This document shows positions 40,324 to 49,607 of a stretch of DNA of 64,000 nt, in pieces. Under the pieces are notes generated by a model, which was not told where the DNA came from, made no database searches, and saw only the letters and a list, made by a program, of their open reading frames with translations. How positions within the stretch are numbered: position 1 is the stretch's first letter; each line of letters starts with the position of its first letter. Source of the DNA: a virus; IMG/VR virus record IMGVR_UViG_3300035698_013740, positions 8,382-72,381 of that record. One strand, 5' to 3'. Position numbers and translations under genes: made by a program.

Positions 40324-40448
40324 GTTATTACCAATTAGGAAGATAGCACTCAATAAATTTTGCACATACGTATAAACTAAACTACTTAAAGAGGTGATTC
40401 GATAAATTAACAAAATTTATTAGTGCAATCTTTCTAATTTGTAATAAC
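40324..40448. repeat. Long imperfect inverted repeat upstream of endolysin
   Basis: gttattaccaattaggaagatagcactcaataaattttg (40324-40362) vs caaaatttattagtgcaatctttctaatttgtaataac (40411-40448). Confidence 0.85.
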
Positions 40449-40465
40449 CAACAATAGTACAATAT

Positions 40466-40972
40466 ATGTCAAACCGAATATCCAAATATATTAGTTTTAG
40501 CGAGTCTATAAAATCTCAAACTGCCGTTAGAAAAAATATAGATAACAGCCCATCTAAAGATACACATCTAGTTGCTATGAAAAATATAGCAACCAAAATA
40601 TTTGATCCAGTAAGAGAACACTTTGGAGTTCCAATTGGAATCAGTTCGTTTTATAGAAGTCCTGCCTTGAATAAGGCAATTGGAGGATCGTCAACATCCC
40701 AGCATTCAGTAGGTGAAGCAATAGATATGGATGCTGACATGTATGGTAAACTTACCAACAGTGAAATATTTCACTTTATTAAGGAAAATTTTGTGTTCCA
40801 TCAATTGATATGGGAATATGGAGACAGCAATAATCCGGCATGGATTCATGTAGGATTGCGACTAAGTGGCATAAACAGACAAGAAGTAAAGAGCGCAGTT
40901 CATTATCAAAAATGGAATGCTAAGAAGGGAAAATACGTAACAAAAACGAAATATGTTCCATGGCAAGAATAA
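40466..40972 (+). CDS. Peptidase M15A endolysin
   Basis: SSFYRS..N..IGGS..SQH..GEAID, QLIWEY..WIHV. Confidence 0.88.
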   Translation: MSNRISKYISFSESIKSQTAVRKNIDNSPSKDTHLVAMKNIATKIFDPVREHFGVPIGISSFYRSPALNKAIGGSSTSQHSVGEAIDMDADMYGKLTNSEIFHFIKENFVFHQLIWEYGDSNNPAWIHVGLRLSGINRQEVKSAVHYQKWNAKKGKYVTKTKYVPWQE

Positions 40973-41967
40973 AGGCAGAATACATTTGGATTGACGGTAT
41001 AGAACCTACCGCACTAGTTAGAAGCAAAACTAAAATACTTATTGGAACTGAAGGCACAGTTCCAAACTTTCCGAAGTGGGGGTTTGACGGTAGCAGTACA
41101 AATCAAGCAGTTGGAAACGATAGTGATTGCATACTAAATCCAGTATCATTTAGAATTAATCCGCTAAACGATGACGGGTTTTTAGTGTTATGTGAAGTTT
41201 TAAATTCTGATGAAACTCCACACAAATCAAATAAGCGAGCTAAACTTAGAATAGTTCAAGATCAATTCAAAGACTATGAATGCTGGTTTGGATTTGAACA
41301 AGAATATACGCTAATGAAAGGCGGAAGACCATATGGTTGGCCAAAGAATGGATATCCACCGGCTCAGGGTCAATTCTATTGTGGAGTTGGTGCAGATAAT
41401 GTGTACGGCAGAGAATTGATAGAATCTCACTTGGATGCATGTATTATTGCAGAACTATCTATTGAAGGTATAAATGCTGAAGTAATGCCAGGACAGTGGG
41501 AATTTCAAATTGGTGCAGGTCTTGGGTTAAAAATGTGTGATGATTTAATTTACGCCAGATGGTTACTTTATAGAATTGGTGAAGCGTATGATATTAGTGT
41601 TACATTACATCCTAAACCAATAAAGGGAGATTGGAATGGTGCAGGAATGCATACCAATTTTTCTACTAATGGTATGAGAAGGCAGGGTGGGTATGAACAT
41701 ATTGAAAACGCAATTAAAAAATTAGAACATAATCACACTACCATAGTAGAAGTATATGGAGCAGATAATCATGAAAGATTAACTGGAAACCATGAAACGT
41801 GTGGAATTGACGAATTTAAATCAGGAGTTGCAGATAGAGGAGCATCTATACGAATTCCTAGACATGTAGCAAGTCAACAGTACGGATATTTAGAAGATAG
41901 AAGGCCAGCAGCAAACGCAGATCCATATGAAGTTGCTAGGGCTCTAATGGTAACGATCTGCGACTAA
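40960..41967 (+). CDS. glnII: Glutamine synthetase type II
   Basis: EYIWIDG, FDGSST, EQEY, NAEVMPGQWEFQIG, PKPIKGDWNGAGMHTNFS, RLTGNHET, YLEDRRPAANADPY. Confidence 0.95.
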   Translation: MARIKAEYIWIDGIEPTALVRSKTKILIGTEGTVPNFPKWGFDGSSTNQAVGNDSDCILNPVSFRINPLNDDGFLVLCEVLNSDETPHKSNKRAKLRIVQDQFKDYECWFGFEQEYTLMKGGRPYGWPKNGYPPAQGQFYCGVGADNVYGRELIESHLDACIIAELSIEGINAEVMPGQWEFQIGAGLGLKMCDDLIYARWLLYRIGEAYDISVTLHPKPIKGDWNGAGMHTNFSTNGMRRQGGYEHIENAIKKLEHNHTTIVEVYGADNHERLTGNHETCGIDEFKSGVADRGASIRIPRHVASQQYGYLEDRRPAANADPYEVARALMVTICD

Positions 41968-41986
41968 TAAATAAAAGGTTATAAGA

Positions 41987-42631
41987 ATGAAGGTTGAATT
42001 GGTTTGTGTCACTCCAGATGCAGAAGAAAATATTGTAAAAATCGCTAGAGTATCATCTAGCAGAAAAGATAAAAAGGCAAATAGTGCTGGGTTACTGAGA
42101 TACCTAATCACCAACAAGCATTGGTCTCCGTTTGAACATGGTTATATGACACTTGAAATTGAAACATCAAAATCAATTGGCATTCAGTATTTACGTCATA
42201 GATCATTTACGTTTCAAGAGTTTAGCCAGAGATACCAAGATGTTGGAGTTTTAGGAGAAATGTTTGAGCCTATTGAATTGAGAGCTCAAGCAACAGACAA
42301 CAGACAATCATCTACAGAAGTATTTGATCCAGTATGTGAAGATGGTAGATTAGCATCTAAGGTAGTTAGCGATACGTTAGACGTGTGTAAGACTGCATAT
42401 AATTTATTACTAAAGGCAACCGTTGCAAGAGAATGTGCTAGATTCGTTCTTCCAGTAGCAACTAGGACTAAGATTTACATGACAGGAAGTATTAGAAGTT
42501 GGATTCATCTTATTCAACTAAGAGATGATGGTCATGCCCAATTGGAAGCTCAAATTATTGCCAGAGAAGCTAAAGCAATATTTATTGAAGAATTTCCTGT
42601 AATTGCCGATGCATTAACGTTAGAGGTCTAA
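41987..42631 (+). CDS. thyX: Flavin-dependent thymidylate synthase
   Basis: HWSPFEH, RHRSFTFQEFSQRY, ECARFVLP, HAQLE. Confidence 0.93.
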   Translation: MKVELVCVTPDAEENIVKIARVSSSRKDKKANSAGLLRYLITNKHWSPFEHGYMTLEIETSKSIGIQYLRHRSFTFQEFSQRYQDVGVLGEMFEPIELRAQATDNRQSSTEVFDPVCEDGRLASKVVSDTLDVCKTAYNLLLKATVARECARFVLPVATRTKIYMTGSIRSWIHLIQLRDDGHAQLEAQIIAREAKAIFIEEFPVIADALTLEV

Positions 42632-42635
42632 TTTT

Positions 42636-43121
42636 ATGAAGAGAGGAATGGGTGCAAGACCACTATTGGCTTCAGAGATCAAAGAGGCTCAATCTAAATC
42701 CCTGTCAGCCGCTGGTGCCGCTCGACATCTAGATGTGTCATACAACACATATAAGAAATATGCTAGGATGTATGGACTCCACAATGATTTTGTAAATCAA
42801 GAAGGGCATGGTATCAGTAAAGGTTATTCTAGCACTGGTGGGAAATATCCTCTCAAAGATATTATAGAAGGAAAGCATCCAGAATATTCTAAAAATAAAT
42901 TGATGTCTAGGCTCATAAAGGCTGGATATCTTCAAGAAAATTGTAGATGTTGTGGATTTGACGAAAAACGACTTACCGATGATAGAGTACCATTAAAGAT
43001 GAATTTCAAAGATGGTAATTCTAAAAATCATTTATTTGATAATCTAGAATTGCTGTGTTACAATTGTTATTTCCTACAAGTGGGCAATTTAACAGGAAAG
43101 AAAAAGGATTTTTTATACTGA
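42636..43121 (+). CDS. HTH plus degenerate HNH-like domain protein
   Basis: AARHLDVSYNTYKKY; CRCCG..DGN..NLELLCYNC. Confidence 0.7.
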   Translation: MKRGMGARPLLASEIKEAQSKSLSAAGAARHLDVSYNTYKKYARMYGLHNDFVNQEGHGISKGYSSTGGKYPLKDIIEGKHPEYSKNKLMSRLIKAGYLQENCRCCGFDEKRLTDDRVPLKMNFKDGNSKNHLFDNLELLCYNCYFLQVGNLTGKKKDFLY

Positions 43122-43122
43122 T

Positions 43123-43371
43123 ATGGAAAAATTAACACCAGTAATGACACGAGTTCCACAAGAATGGGATAGTTGGGTAGAATGCGATAATAGCGATAGT
43201 GAAGTATTTGAAACTATCTATGATGCTTTTGGATTTGCAAATGATAAGTATGGATACACAGAATTTAGATTATCTCTTACAGATGGTATGATTTATGGTA
43301 TAGTTGAAGACGGAAAAGAAGACGTACCTAAAGAAGAACCTAAGCGATTTAATCTATATGGTGATAGATAA
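43123..43371 (+). CDS. Hypothetical protein
   Basis: 82-aa acidic ORF. Confidence 0.6.
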   Translation: MEKLTPVMTRVPQEWDSWVECDNSDSEVFETIYDAFGFANDKYGYTEFRLSLTDGMIYGIVEDGKEDVPKEEPKRFNLYGDR

Positions 43372-43386
43372 CCAATAGAGAAGTAT

Positions 43387-44067
43387 ATGTCTTTGCATCC
43401 TCATAGCAACAGAAAAATAAAAAAGGGATATCAATATCCATATGATAGGCGCAATATATGGAGGAGATCCTTTTGGGCGTTTAGAAATTTGTTGTGGCAA
43501 AACTTTAGATTTTTGAAGAGACAGCGATCTACATTGAAAAAGATATTTATTTTCAAACGTCCATTCATTCAATATAACGATGCTTGGCCACATTTAAAAT
43601 TGACAGGTCTTCACGATATTACCTTTAAGTGTAACAGAGTAAAGACCAGATTTGAACGAACTAGCGATATGAATGATGCTAGGAATCAAAGATTATCTAT
43701 GTCACACGAATATTCAGATAGGGTCATTGCTAGATATTCTGAAGATGGTGTGGTACTTACTACTTATGCATATAGAGATGGATATGGTCCTGCTACGAAA
43801 ACTCCACATCCAGCAGAGGTTGTATTATCTAGACCACTATGTACTGTTCCATATAATACTGAGATTCATATAAGTATTGTTAGAGAAAATATGATGACAA
43901 CGTATTCAGTACATGATAGATTTGGATTTGAATTTGGAGTATCTAGATTAGCTCAAACTAAGAAGCCATCATTTTTTCAAATGCCAAGCGGAGCTCATGC
44001 AAATAACGGCCCTACATCTCCATGGGCAACATCGGAAATAAATTGGGAAGAAGATTTTAAACATTAA
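43387..44067 (+). CDS. Hypothetical protein
   Basis: 226-aa ORF. Confidence 0.55.
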   Translation: MSLHPHSNRKIKKGYQYPYDRRNIWRRSFWAFRNLLWQNFRFLKRQRSTLKKIFIFKRPFIQYNDAWPHLKLTGLHDITFKCNRVKTRFERTSDMNDARNQRLSMSHEYSDRVIARYSEDGVVLTTYAYRDGYGPATKTPHPAEVVLSRPLCTVPYNTEIHISIVRENMMTTYSVHDRFGFEFGVSRLAQTKKPSFFQMPSGAHANNGPTSPWATSEINWEEDFKH

Positions 44068-44088
44068 AATTTTGTTGTATATTAGAAT

Positions 44089-44481
44089 ATGCTTAAAAAT
44101 ACAAAGAAACTGAATAAGGCTGACCGAGAAAAGGCATTTAATGATGTTTACCAATTAGCAAGAATTACAGGACTTCAATCTGGAGAATATTTTGAACCAA
44201 CCCCAATGATAGTTGTGGATGACATTGGTCAAGAATATATCATAGAAGAAGGTCTTTGTGGATTTGCATGGATAAATATTAAACCTGGAAATAGTCAATT
44301 TGCAAATTGGCTAAAGGCTAATGACCATGCAACTAAAGATTCATATTATGGTGGGGTAACAGTATGGGTATCTGAGTTCAATCAATCTATGGAACGAAAG
44401 ATCAAATATGCCAGAGCATTTGCCAAGGTGTTATCAGATAATGGATTGGAAAGAGTATATGTAGGATCTAGAATGGATTAA
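44089..44481 (+). CDS. Hypothetical phage protein
   Basis: CGFAWINI..QSMERK..AFAKVL..SRMD. Confidence 0.7.
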   Translation: MLKNTKKLNKADREKAFNDVYQLARITGLQSGEYFEPTPMIVVDDIGQEYIIEEGLCGFAWINIKPGNSQFANWLKANDHATKDSYYGGVTVWVSEFNQSMERKIKYARAFAKVLSDNGLERVYVGSRMD

Positions 44482-44625
44482 TTTGGCTGTGTACTTTACG
44501 AGATTTAGTAGTTATTATTATATCTCGCATTTGCAATCGCGAACTTAGTATGGTGATGATCATGCTTTTACAACTAAATAAGGTAAAGAGGATTTAGTGC
44601 CTGTAAGCACGATTCTTGGAAGATT

Positions 44626-44654
44626 AGGGATTTAACATGAATCCCTTTTCTTTT
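44626..44654 (+). terminator. Intrinsic terminator
   Basis: AGGGATT-taacatg-AATCCCT followed by tttctttt. Confidence 0.6.
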
Positions 44655-44746
44655 GTCAAAAAATTAGGGTGACTGTGTACTATTAGTCTGGATTTTGTTA
44701 TTATGTACTTGTCGTCACACACACACAAACCAACCGACGATTTATC

Positions 44747-44989
44747 ATGGCTATTAAAGATCAAACAATCGAGCCTGCCAAATACGGCGAAGGCGTTTCA
44801 GTCTACGAATTTGGCAGATATCCTCGCTCAAGCGTTCTAGCAGGGCAGACGAAAAAACAATACCTAGACGGTTTCGACACAGTAGAGGAAGCGCAGGAAG
44901 CATTTCCACGTGCTGTAGCTTCGGGCTGCACAAGATCGGCACACAACACATTCGACCATCTTCCTGATGGTCCAGATTTGGTATACTAA
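44747..44989 (+). CDS. Hypothetical protein (possibly early gene)
   Basis: 80 aa, after an intergenic gap; noticeably more GC-rich. Confidence 0.65.
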   Translation: MAIKDQTIEPAKYGEGVSVYEFGRYPRSSVLAGQTKKQYLDGFDTVEEAQEAFPRAVASGCTRSAHNTFDHLPDGPDLVY

Positions 44990-44991
44990 AA

Positions 44992-45252
44992 ATGACACTT
45001 TTAGAACATATGCCGCAGGACGCTCTCAATGAACTCACAGATGGTAGAGATCGAGTAACCAAATTCTTTGATAAAGATGTTGTTACTGAGTGGAATAGTT
45101 GGGACGGATTTATGTCAAAGCACGTAAAACCATGGCCAGGATCACATAAAAATGTTTTTGTATGGTGGGAACTTGAAACTGGCCATGCAATTGGTTGGAA
45201 TGAAAACCCATCACGAGGATGGTCATTCCCAGTTATTAAACTCAAAAAATAA
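44992..45252 (+). CDS. Hypothetical protein
   Basis: 86 aa, Trp-rich. Confidence 0.65.
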   Translation: MTLLEHMPQDALNELTDGRDRVTKFFDKDVVTEWNSWDGFMSKHVKPWPGSHKNVFVWWELETGHAIGWNENPSRGWSFPVIKLKK

Positions 45253-45452
45253 TGAAAAAATATCAAGATAATCCTGCTCCACTTTCTAGAGAATTGGAAA
45301 TGGAAAGCCTTCGTAAATCAATGAAGGCATGTAGAGATCTTCTTCGAGCATTTAATAGAGGATTGGAACCATACGGAGACGTTACGGTTCAAAGTGTAGA
45401 AGAAGAGTATTCAAAATATTACAATAGATTGAATGCGCTCTTTGCAAAATGA
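45252..45452 (+). CDS. Hypothetical protein
   Basis: 66 aa, TAATG coupling. Confidence 0.55.
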   Translation: MKKYQDNPAPLSRELEMESLRKSMKACRDLLRAFNRGLEPYGDVTVQSVEEEYSKYYNRLNALFAK

Positions 45453-45459
45453 GGTAAAT

Positions 45460-45732
45460 ATGGAATCAGTGGTAGATGAATTGGAATACCCAATTGACCA
45501 ATCAGGTCATGAAATGAAATTAGGTGACGAGGTAATCTTTTGGACTGGAGGCTATATTGCTAAGGGCCAAATCATAAAGCTCACTGGAAGAAAACCAAGA
45601 TATAACCGTAGAGGCCGTCTAACGCGATGGAGTGGATGGCCAGCCTGGATAGAATTTGAAAACGGTGGAACAATTACCCTGAGAGATTGTAGAAAGACTG
45701 CAATGAAAATAATTTTATCAAAGAATGCTTAG
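45460..45732 (+). CDS. Hypothetical protein
   Basis: ATG after GAGGT; SH3-like LGDEVIF. Confidence 0.55.
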   Translation: MESVVDELEYPIDQSGHEMKLGDEVIFWTGGYIAKGQIIKLTGRKPRYNRRGRLTRWSGWPAWIEFENGGTITLRDCRKTAMKIILSKNA

Positions 45733-45937
45733 AACTCATAAAATCAAAATCATACTAAATTCGTATGTACATTGGGACTATTGTATTGGCAAATCTATTC
45801 GTACTTCGTTTAACAAAGGGTCAATTAGATACATCTCATTCTCAGACAAAACATGGTCAGTAATAACCGACGGATTTGTTCCTGATGTACCATACAATTC
45901 AGATTTAACAGTATTTAAGGAACTAGGTATACTTTAA
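45725..45937 (+). CDS. Hypothetical protein
   Basis: 70-aa ORF coupled to neighbours. Confidence 0.5.
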   Translation: MLRTHKIKIILNSYVHWDYCIGKSIRTSFNKGSIRYISFSDKTWSVITDGFVPDVPYNSDLTVFKELGIL

Positions 45938-46467
45938 TGCCATACCAATATTTGATTACAATAGACAGATCGTCTATTAAAAGAAACCCAAATTATGGAA
46001 AAACTAGAATTCCATTTAGAGGAAGGTCTAGTCTATATGCAATATTTACAAATGAAATCCCAAAATCATTAAAGGATAAATTTGAAGTAGTAGATATTGC
46101 CACTGCAGGATTTGATGATGAAATGGTAGAATTAGGTGCACATGGAATTGGAAATCCAATTGAACTTCAAAAAGAATTATTGAATCTACCGCACAATCAG
46201 CGACCACGGAAAGTTGAAATTACAGCAAATGTACTAGACGTTGAATGTTGTAATCCACCACAATATCTATATGAATATCTTCCAGTAACAGTACAGTGTT
46301 ATATGTGTGATGTAAGCTTTTTACATACTGCATTAGAAGACGATTATAATGACTACTGTGATTATACGAGCACAGACACAAAATGCCCAAACTGCAAAGA
46401 ATGGGATTGTGTAGAACTTACGTATGAAGATTTAACAAAAGACCTAATAAAACAAACAGGACATTAG
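45937..46467 (+). CDS. Hypothetical Zn-finger protein
   Basis: CYMC..CPNC. Confidence 0.6.
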   Translation: MPYQYLITIDRSSIKRNPNYGKTRIPFRGRSSLYAIFTNEIPKSLKDKFEVVDIATAGFDDEMVELGAHGIGNPIELQKELLNLPHNQRPRKVEITANVLDVECCNPPQYLYEYLPVTVQCYMCDVSFLHTALEDDYNDYCDYTSTDTKCPNCKEWDCVELTYEDLTKDLIKQTGH

Positions 46468-46470
46468 AAT

Positions 46471-46689
46471 ATGAAATATTATGAAGTTCACGTAGAATGG
46501 CGTGATGAAAACGGAGATAAAGTTAAAAAGTTTACTGAAAGGTATCTTGTATTTGCTGTATCTGTTACGGATGCAGAAGTTAGAGTTACTAAAGTATTCG
46601 GAGAAGAAGAATCCACATCTGGAGTTGAATTCAATGTGAAGTTGGTAAAAGAATCTTCAATTGTTCGAGTGTTTGAAGTTGGTCAATAG
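46471..46689 (+). CDS. DUF4494-like small protein
   Basis: KVKKFTERYLV.AVSVTDAE..VKESSI. Confidence 0.6.
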   Translation: MKYYEVHVEWRDENGDKVKKFTERYLVFAVSVTDAEVRVTKVFGEEESTSGVEFNVKLVKESSIVRVFEVGQ

Positions 46690-46724
46690 TATGTGACAAT
46701 ACATACTCGATTTTCAAAAAGCTG

Positions 46725-46755
46725 CCCTTGCTAGAATTAATCTAGCAAGGGTTTT
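46725..46755 (+). terminator. Intrinsic terminator
   Basis: CCCTTGCTAGA-attaa-TCTAGCAAGGG-tttt. Confidence 0.75.
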
Positions 46756-46833
46756 GCCTTTTATACGGTGTACCTCATATTTATTTTAAATGGTTACATT
46801 TGTTCATTTAAATTATTAACGAGGAATGTGTAT

Positions 46834-47592
46834 ATGGACGATTCAACGATCGACAACACAAGAGAGTTCAGTGGTGAATTTGAAGAATTAAAAAGGGCAG
46901 GAATGCCTCAGTTTGTAAAACCTCTGACATTTGCGACAGAAAATCAAGGAAAATGGTATGATGAAATATCAAACCCGACAAATAAAATAATAATGTGCCA
47001 TGCTGTAGCAGGTGTGGGAAAAACGCATATAACGCTATATAGTGCACTTGAACATATTTTCAAAAAAGATAGACCTCAGAAGAAGCTTATTATTATTAAT
47101 CCTACTGTCGACGTTGGGAATGAAAATGCTCTTGGATTTCTTCCGGGATCTCTTGGACAGAAAATAGAAAATTATAATGAAAGCGCGTATTATGTTCTTG
47201 CTAAGTTAATGACTAAAAGTAAATTAGATGAATTAATAAAAAAGGAAAAGATTCAATTTAGAGTATTGAACTTTTTAAGGGGAGTAAATTTAGAGGATAT
47301 GGTAGTTCTATTAGATGAAGCTCAGAATGTATCTAGTAAGCAACTTAAGACACTGATGACTAGAATTAATGATGATACTAAGCTTATTATCCAAGGAGAT
47401 CTGGGACAATGTGATAAATTTAAGGATTGGAAACAATCTGGCTTCTTTGATGTTTGGAAAAGATTAAAGGGCGTAGAAGGTGTAGGCTATATGGAATTTA
47501 CACCGCATGATGTTATTAGATCTAAAATTGTAAAGGATGTTTTATCAAGATACGCTACTGAGGAAAATATTGTATTAAACGGTTTTTCTTAA
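46834..47592 (+). CDS. phoH: PhoH-family ATPase
   Basis: AGVGKT, LGFLPG, FLRG, LDEAQN, GDLGQCD, DVIRS. Confidence 0.9.
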   Translation: MDDSTIDNTREFSGEFEELKRAGMPQFVKPLTFATENQGKWYDEISNPTNKIIMCHAVAGVGKTHITLYSALEHIFKKDRPQKKLIIINPTVDVGNENALGFLPGSLGQKIENYNESAYYVLAKLMTKSKLDELIKKEKIQFRVLNFLRGVNLEDMVVLLDEAQNVSSKQLKTLMTRINDDTKLIIQGDLGQCDKFKDWKQSGFFDVWKRLKGVEGVGYMEFTPHDVIRSKIVKDVLSRYATEENIVLNGFS

Positions 47593-47662
47593 GAATAATT
47601 TAACATTGTAGATAAGTATTGTATATATTGTTAATTCAACTTATATACATACAACAAACAAA

Positions 47663-48172
47663 ATGAATATCGCTAGAAAGCATACATTGGTTTTAAACAG
47701 TACTGGAATTCCTATTATGATTATGGATTCTAGGCGGGCGTTTAAAAACGTATATACTGACGCAGTGTACCTTGTTAGCAATTACACTGGAGAATTCTTT
47801 AGATCAACCAATGAATCATTTGGAGTTCCTTCAGTTATTAGATCTAAGAGATTTGTAAAGCTACCATTCAAAAAGGCAACACGCACTAAAGAAAATGTCT
47901 TCAAAAGAGATAAATACGAATGTGTGTATTGTGGTGATGGCAATAAAAAGCATCTTACAATCGATCATGTGCTTCCAAAGTCCAGAGGTGGTAAAAGTTC
48001 TTGGACCAACGAAGTGACATGTTGCTTTAGTTGTAATAATAAAAAGGATAATAAGACTCCTGCAGAAATGGGATGGAAAGATCCAAATCCACAGCATCCC
48101 CATTACTTAATTCTTATGAATTCATTCGTTAAAAACGTTCCTAATGATTGGGAACCATATCTATTTATGTAA
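47663..48172 (+). CDS. HNH endonuclease
   Basis: LVLN, VPSVIR, RDKYECVYCG, TIDHVLPKSRGG..W.N..C..CNNKK. Confidence 0.9.
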   Translation: MNIARKHTLVLNSTGIPIMIMDSRRAFKNVYTDAVYLVSNYTGEFFRSTNESFGVPSVIRSKRFVKLPFKKATRTKENVFKRDKYECVYCGDGNKKHLTIDHVLPKSRGGKSSWTNEVTCCFSCNNKKDNKTPAEMGWKDPNPQHPHYLILMNSFVKNVPNDWEPYLFM

Positions 48173-48176
48173 AATT

Positions 48177-48332
48177 ATGAAAAAAGTTTATATTTATGAA
48201 TCTCCAGATAAAGGAAAGACTATCTTCCGTAGGGAATTTGGTGTATATGGAAAGCGTGAAAAGAAAATTGAATGGTATGCACCTGCTGCAATTGGAAATC
48301 CAATTACAGTAGTTTGGGTTCCTGAAGTTTAA
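48177..48332 (+). CDS. Small hypothetical protein
   Basis: YIYESPDKGKTIFRREFG. Confidence 0.6.
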   Translation: MKKVYIYESPDKGKTIFRREFGVYGKREKKIEWYAPAAIGNPITVVWVPEV

Positions 48333-48334
48333 AT

Positions 48335-48405
48335 GGGTCAATGGCCGAACGGTTAGGCACGGGGTTGCAAACCTCGGTATGTGAGTTCGAATCTCTCTTG
48401 GCTCT
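48335..48405 (+). tRNA. tRNA-Cys(GCA)
   Basis: GGGTCAA/TTGGCTC acceptor, loop TTGCAAA, U73. Confidence 0.85.
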
Positions 48406-48424
48406 CAAAAAATAAAGGTTACAT

Positions 48425-48727
48425 ATGTTAGATTTAGATAGGTTATTGGATTTAGAAATGCAAGGCAATGATTGTGACGCAACTACAATTAGAGATTATT
48501 TGCATAAGTTACTAAGGGAAGTTTGGGTAGAACAAGATGGATTCTCAGGTAAAAGACCATTTGGAAATAGTTCATGGGAATATGATATGTATATTCCTCT
48601 AATTAAAGATGGAATTATTGATGGTAAATTCGAAGATGATGATCCTGAATGTTATATTGAATCTGTTGATTCGAAATTAGGACATAAAATCATCCTTCAG
48701 CTCATTGACCATATATTTGGAAAGTAA
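48425..48727 (+). CDS. Hypothetical protein
   Basis: GFSGKRPFGNSSWEYD. Confidence 0.7.
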   Translation: MLDLDRLLDLEMQGNDCDATTIRDYLHKLLREVWVEQDGFSGKRPFGNSSWEYDMYIPLIKDGIIDGKFEDDDPECYIESVDSKLGHKIILQLIDHIFGK

Positions 48728-48728
48728 A

Positions 48729-49172
48729 ATGATAGAAACATTTTTGTATGATAGAGAAAAGAAGCGTGATGTATCAGAAATGATATGGAATATATGTGAA
48801 ACTGAATTTGCAGATTTTATAGAAAATGGTGGATTAGGTAGGTGTGATCATAGTAGTGTTGGAACTGCAATAGTACACACTCACCGAATATGTATATGCG
48901 GTCCACAAATCAGTGACAAATATATTCATAATGAGATTATGGCCTATTTTATTGGTCACTTTCATCATTGGAGATTATTTTTCTTTAAAGAAGCGTTTGT
49001 TATGGATAGATTATGTATTGCTGCTTCTTGCGCTGGTACTAGCAAATTTCCGAATGAGTTACATAGCCATGGTGGAGAAACGTTGTTTATGAGAGGAGCA
49101 GGAATTAATCATGATGACGAATGGGAACTTCATTCATATAATCATCAGCCGAGCATTTGGAATGGAAAGTAA
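48729..49172 (+). CDS. Hypothetical protein
   Basis: ORF between coupled genes. Confidence 0.5.
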   Translation: MIETFLYDREKKRDVSEMIWNICETEFADFIENGGLGRCDHSSVGTAIVHTHRICICGPQISDKYIHNEIMAYFIGHFHHWRLFFFKEAFVMDRLCIAASCAGTSKFPNELHSHGGETLFMRGAGINHDDEWELHSYNHQPSIWNGK

Positions 49173-49566
49173 GCAAGTAATAGTAGTTAGAAAGGATCTA
49201 AATATGCGAAAAGGAAAGATAGCTGCCCAAGTTGCTCACGCATCTATGGGAGTTATTTTAGATTTGGTTGCAAACGGTAGAATAGTATACTCAAAAGAAG
49301 ACTGTTGGGCTACCCAATATGAAGACATGACATCAGTCACCGAATGGCTGAATGGTTCATTTACTAAAATTGTAGTTAGTGTAGATTCAGAAGAAGAACT
49401 AATGGGTTTATTTTGTTTAGTAACAAATACATTAGTACCTTGCAAGTTAATATTAGATAGCGGTCTTACAGAATTTGGTGGAAAGCCAACATTTACCTGT
49501 ATGGCAATAGGTCCATGGTATTCAGATAGAATAAATAACTTTACGGAAAATTTGAAATTATTATAG
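49162..49566 (+). CDS. Peptidyl-tRNA hydrolase, Pth2 type
   Basis: VRKDLNMRKGKIAAQVAHAS, KIVV, DSGLTEF, TCMAIGP. Confidence 0.92.
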   Translation: MESKQVIVVRKDLNMRKGKIAAQVAHASMGVILDLVANGRIVYSKEDCWATQYEDMTSVTEWLNGSFTKIVVSVDSEEELMGLFCLVTNTLVPCKLILDSGLTEFGGKPTFTCMAIGPWYSDRINNFTENLKLL

Positions 49567-49607
49567 GATGTGATATTTATCTGTACACTTAAAATAGGAT
49601 AAATGTT

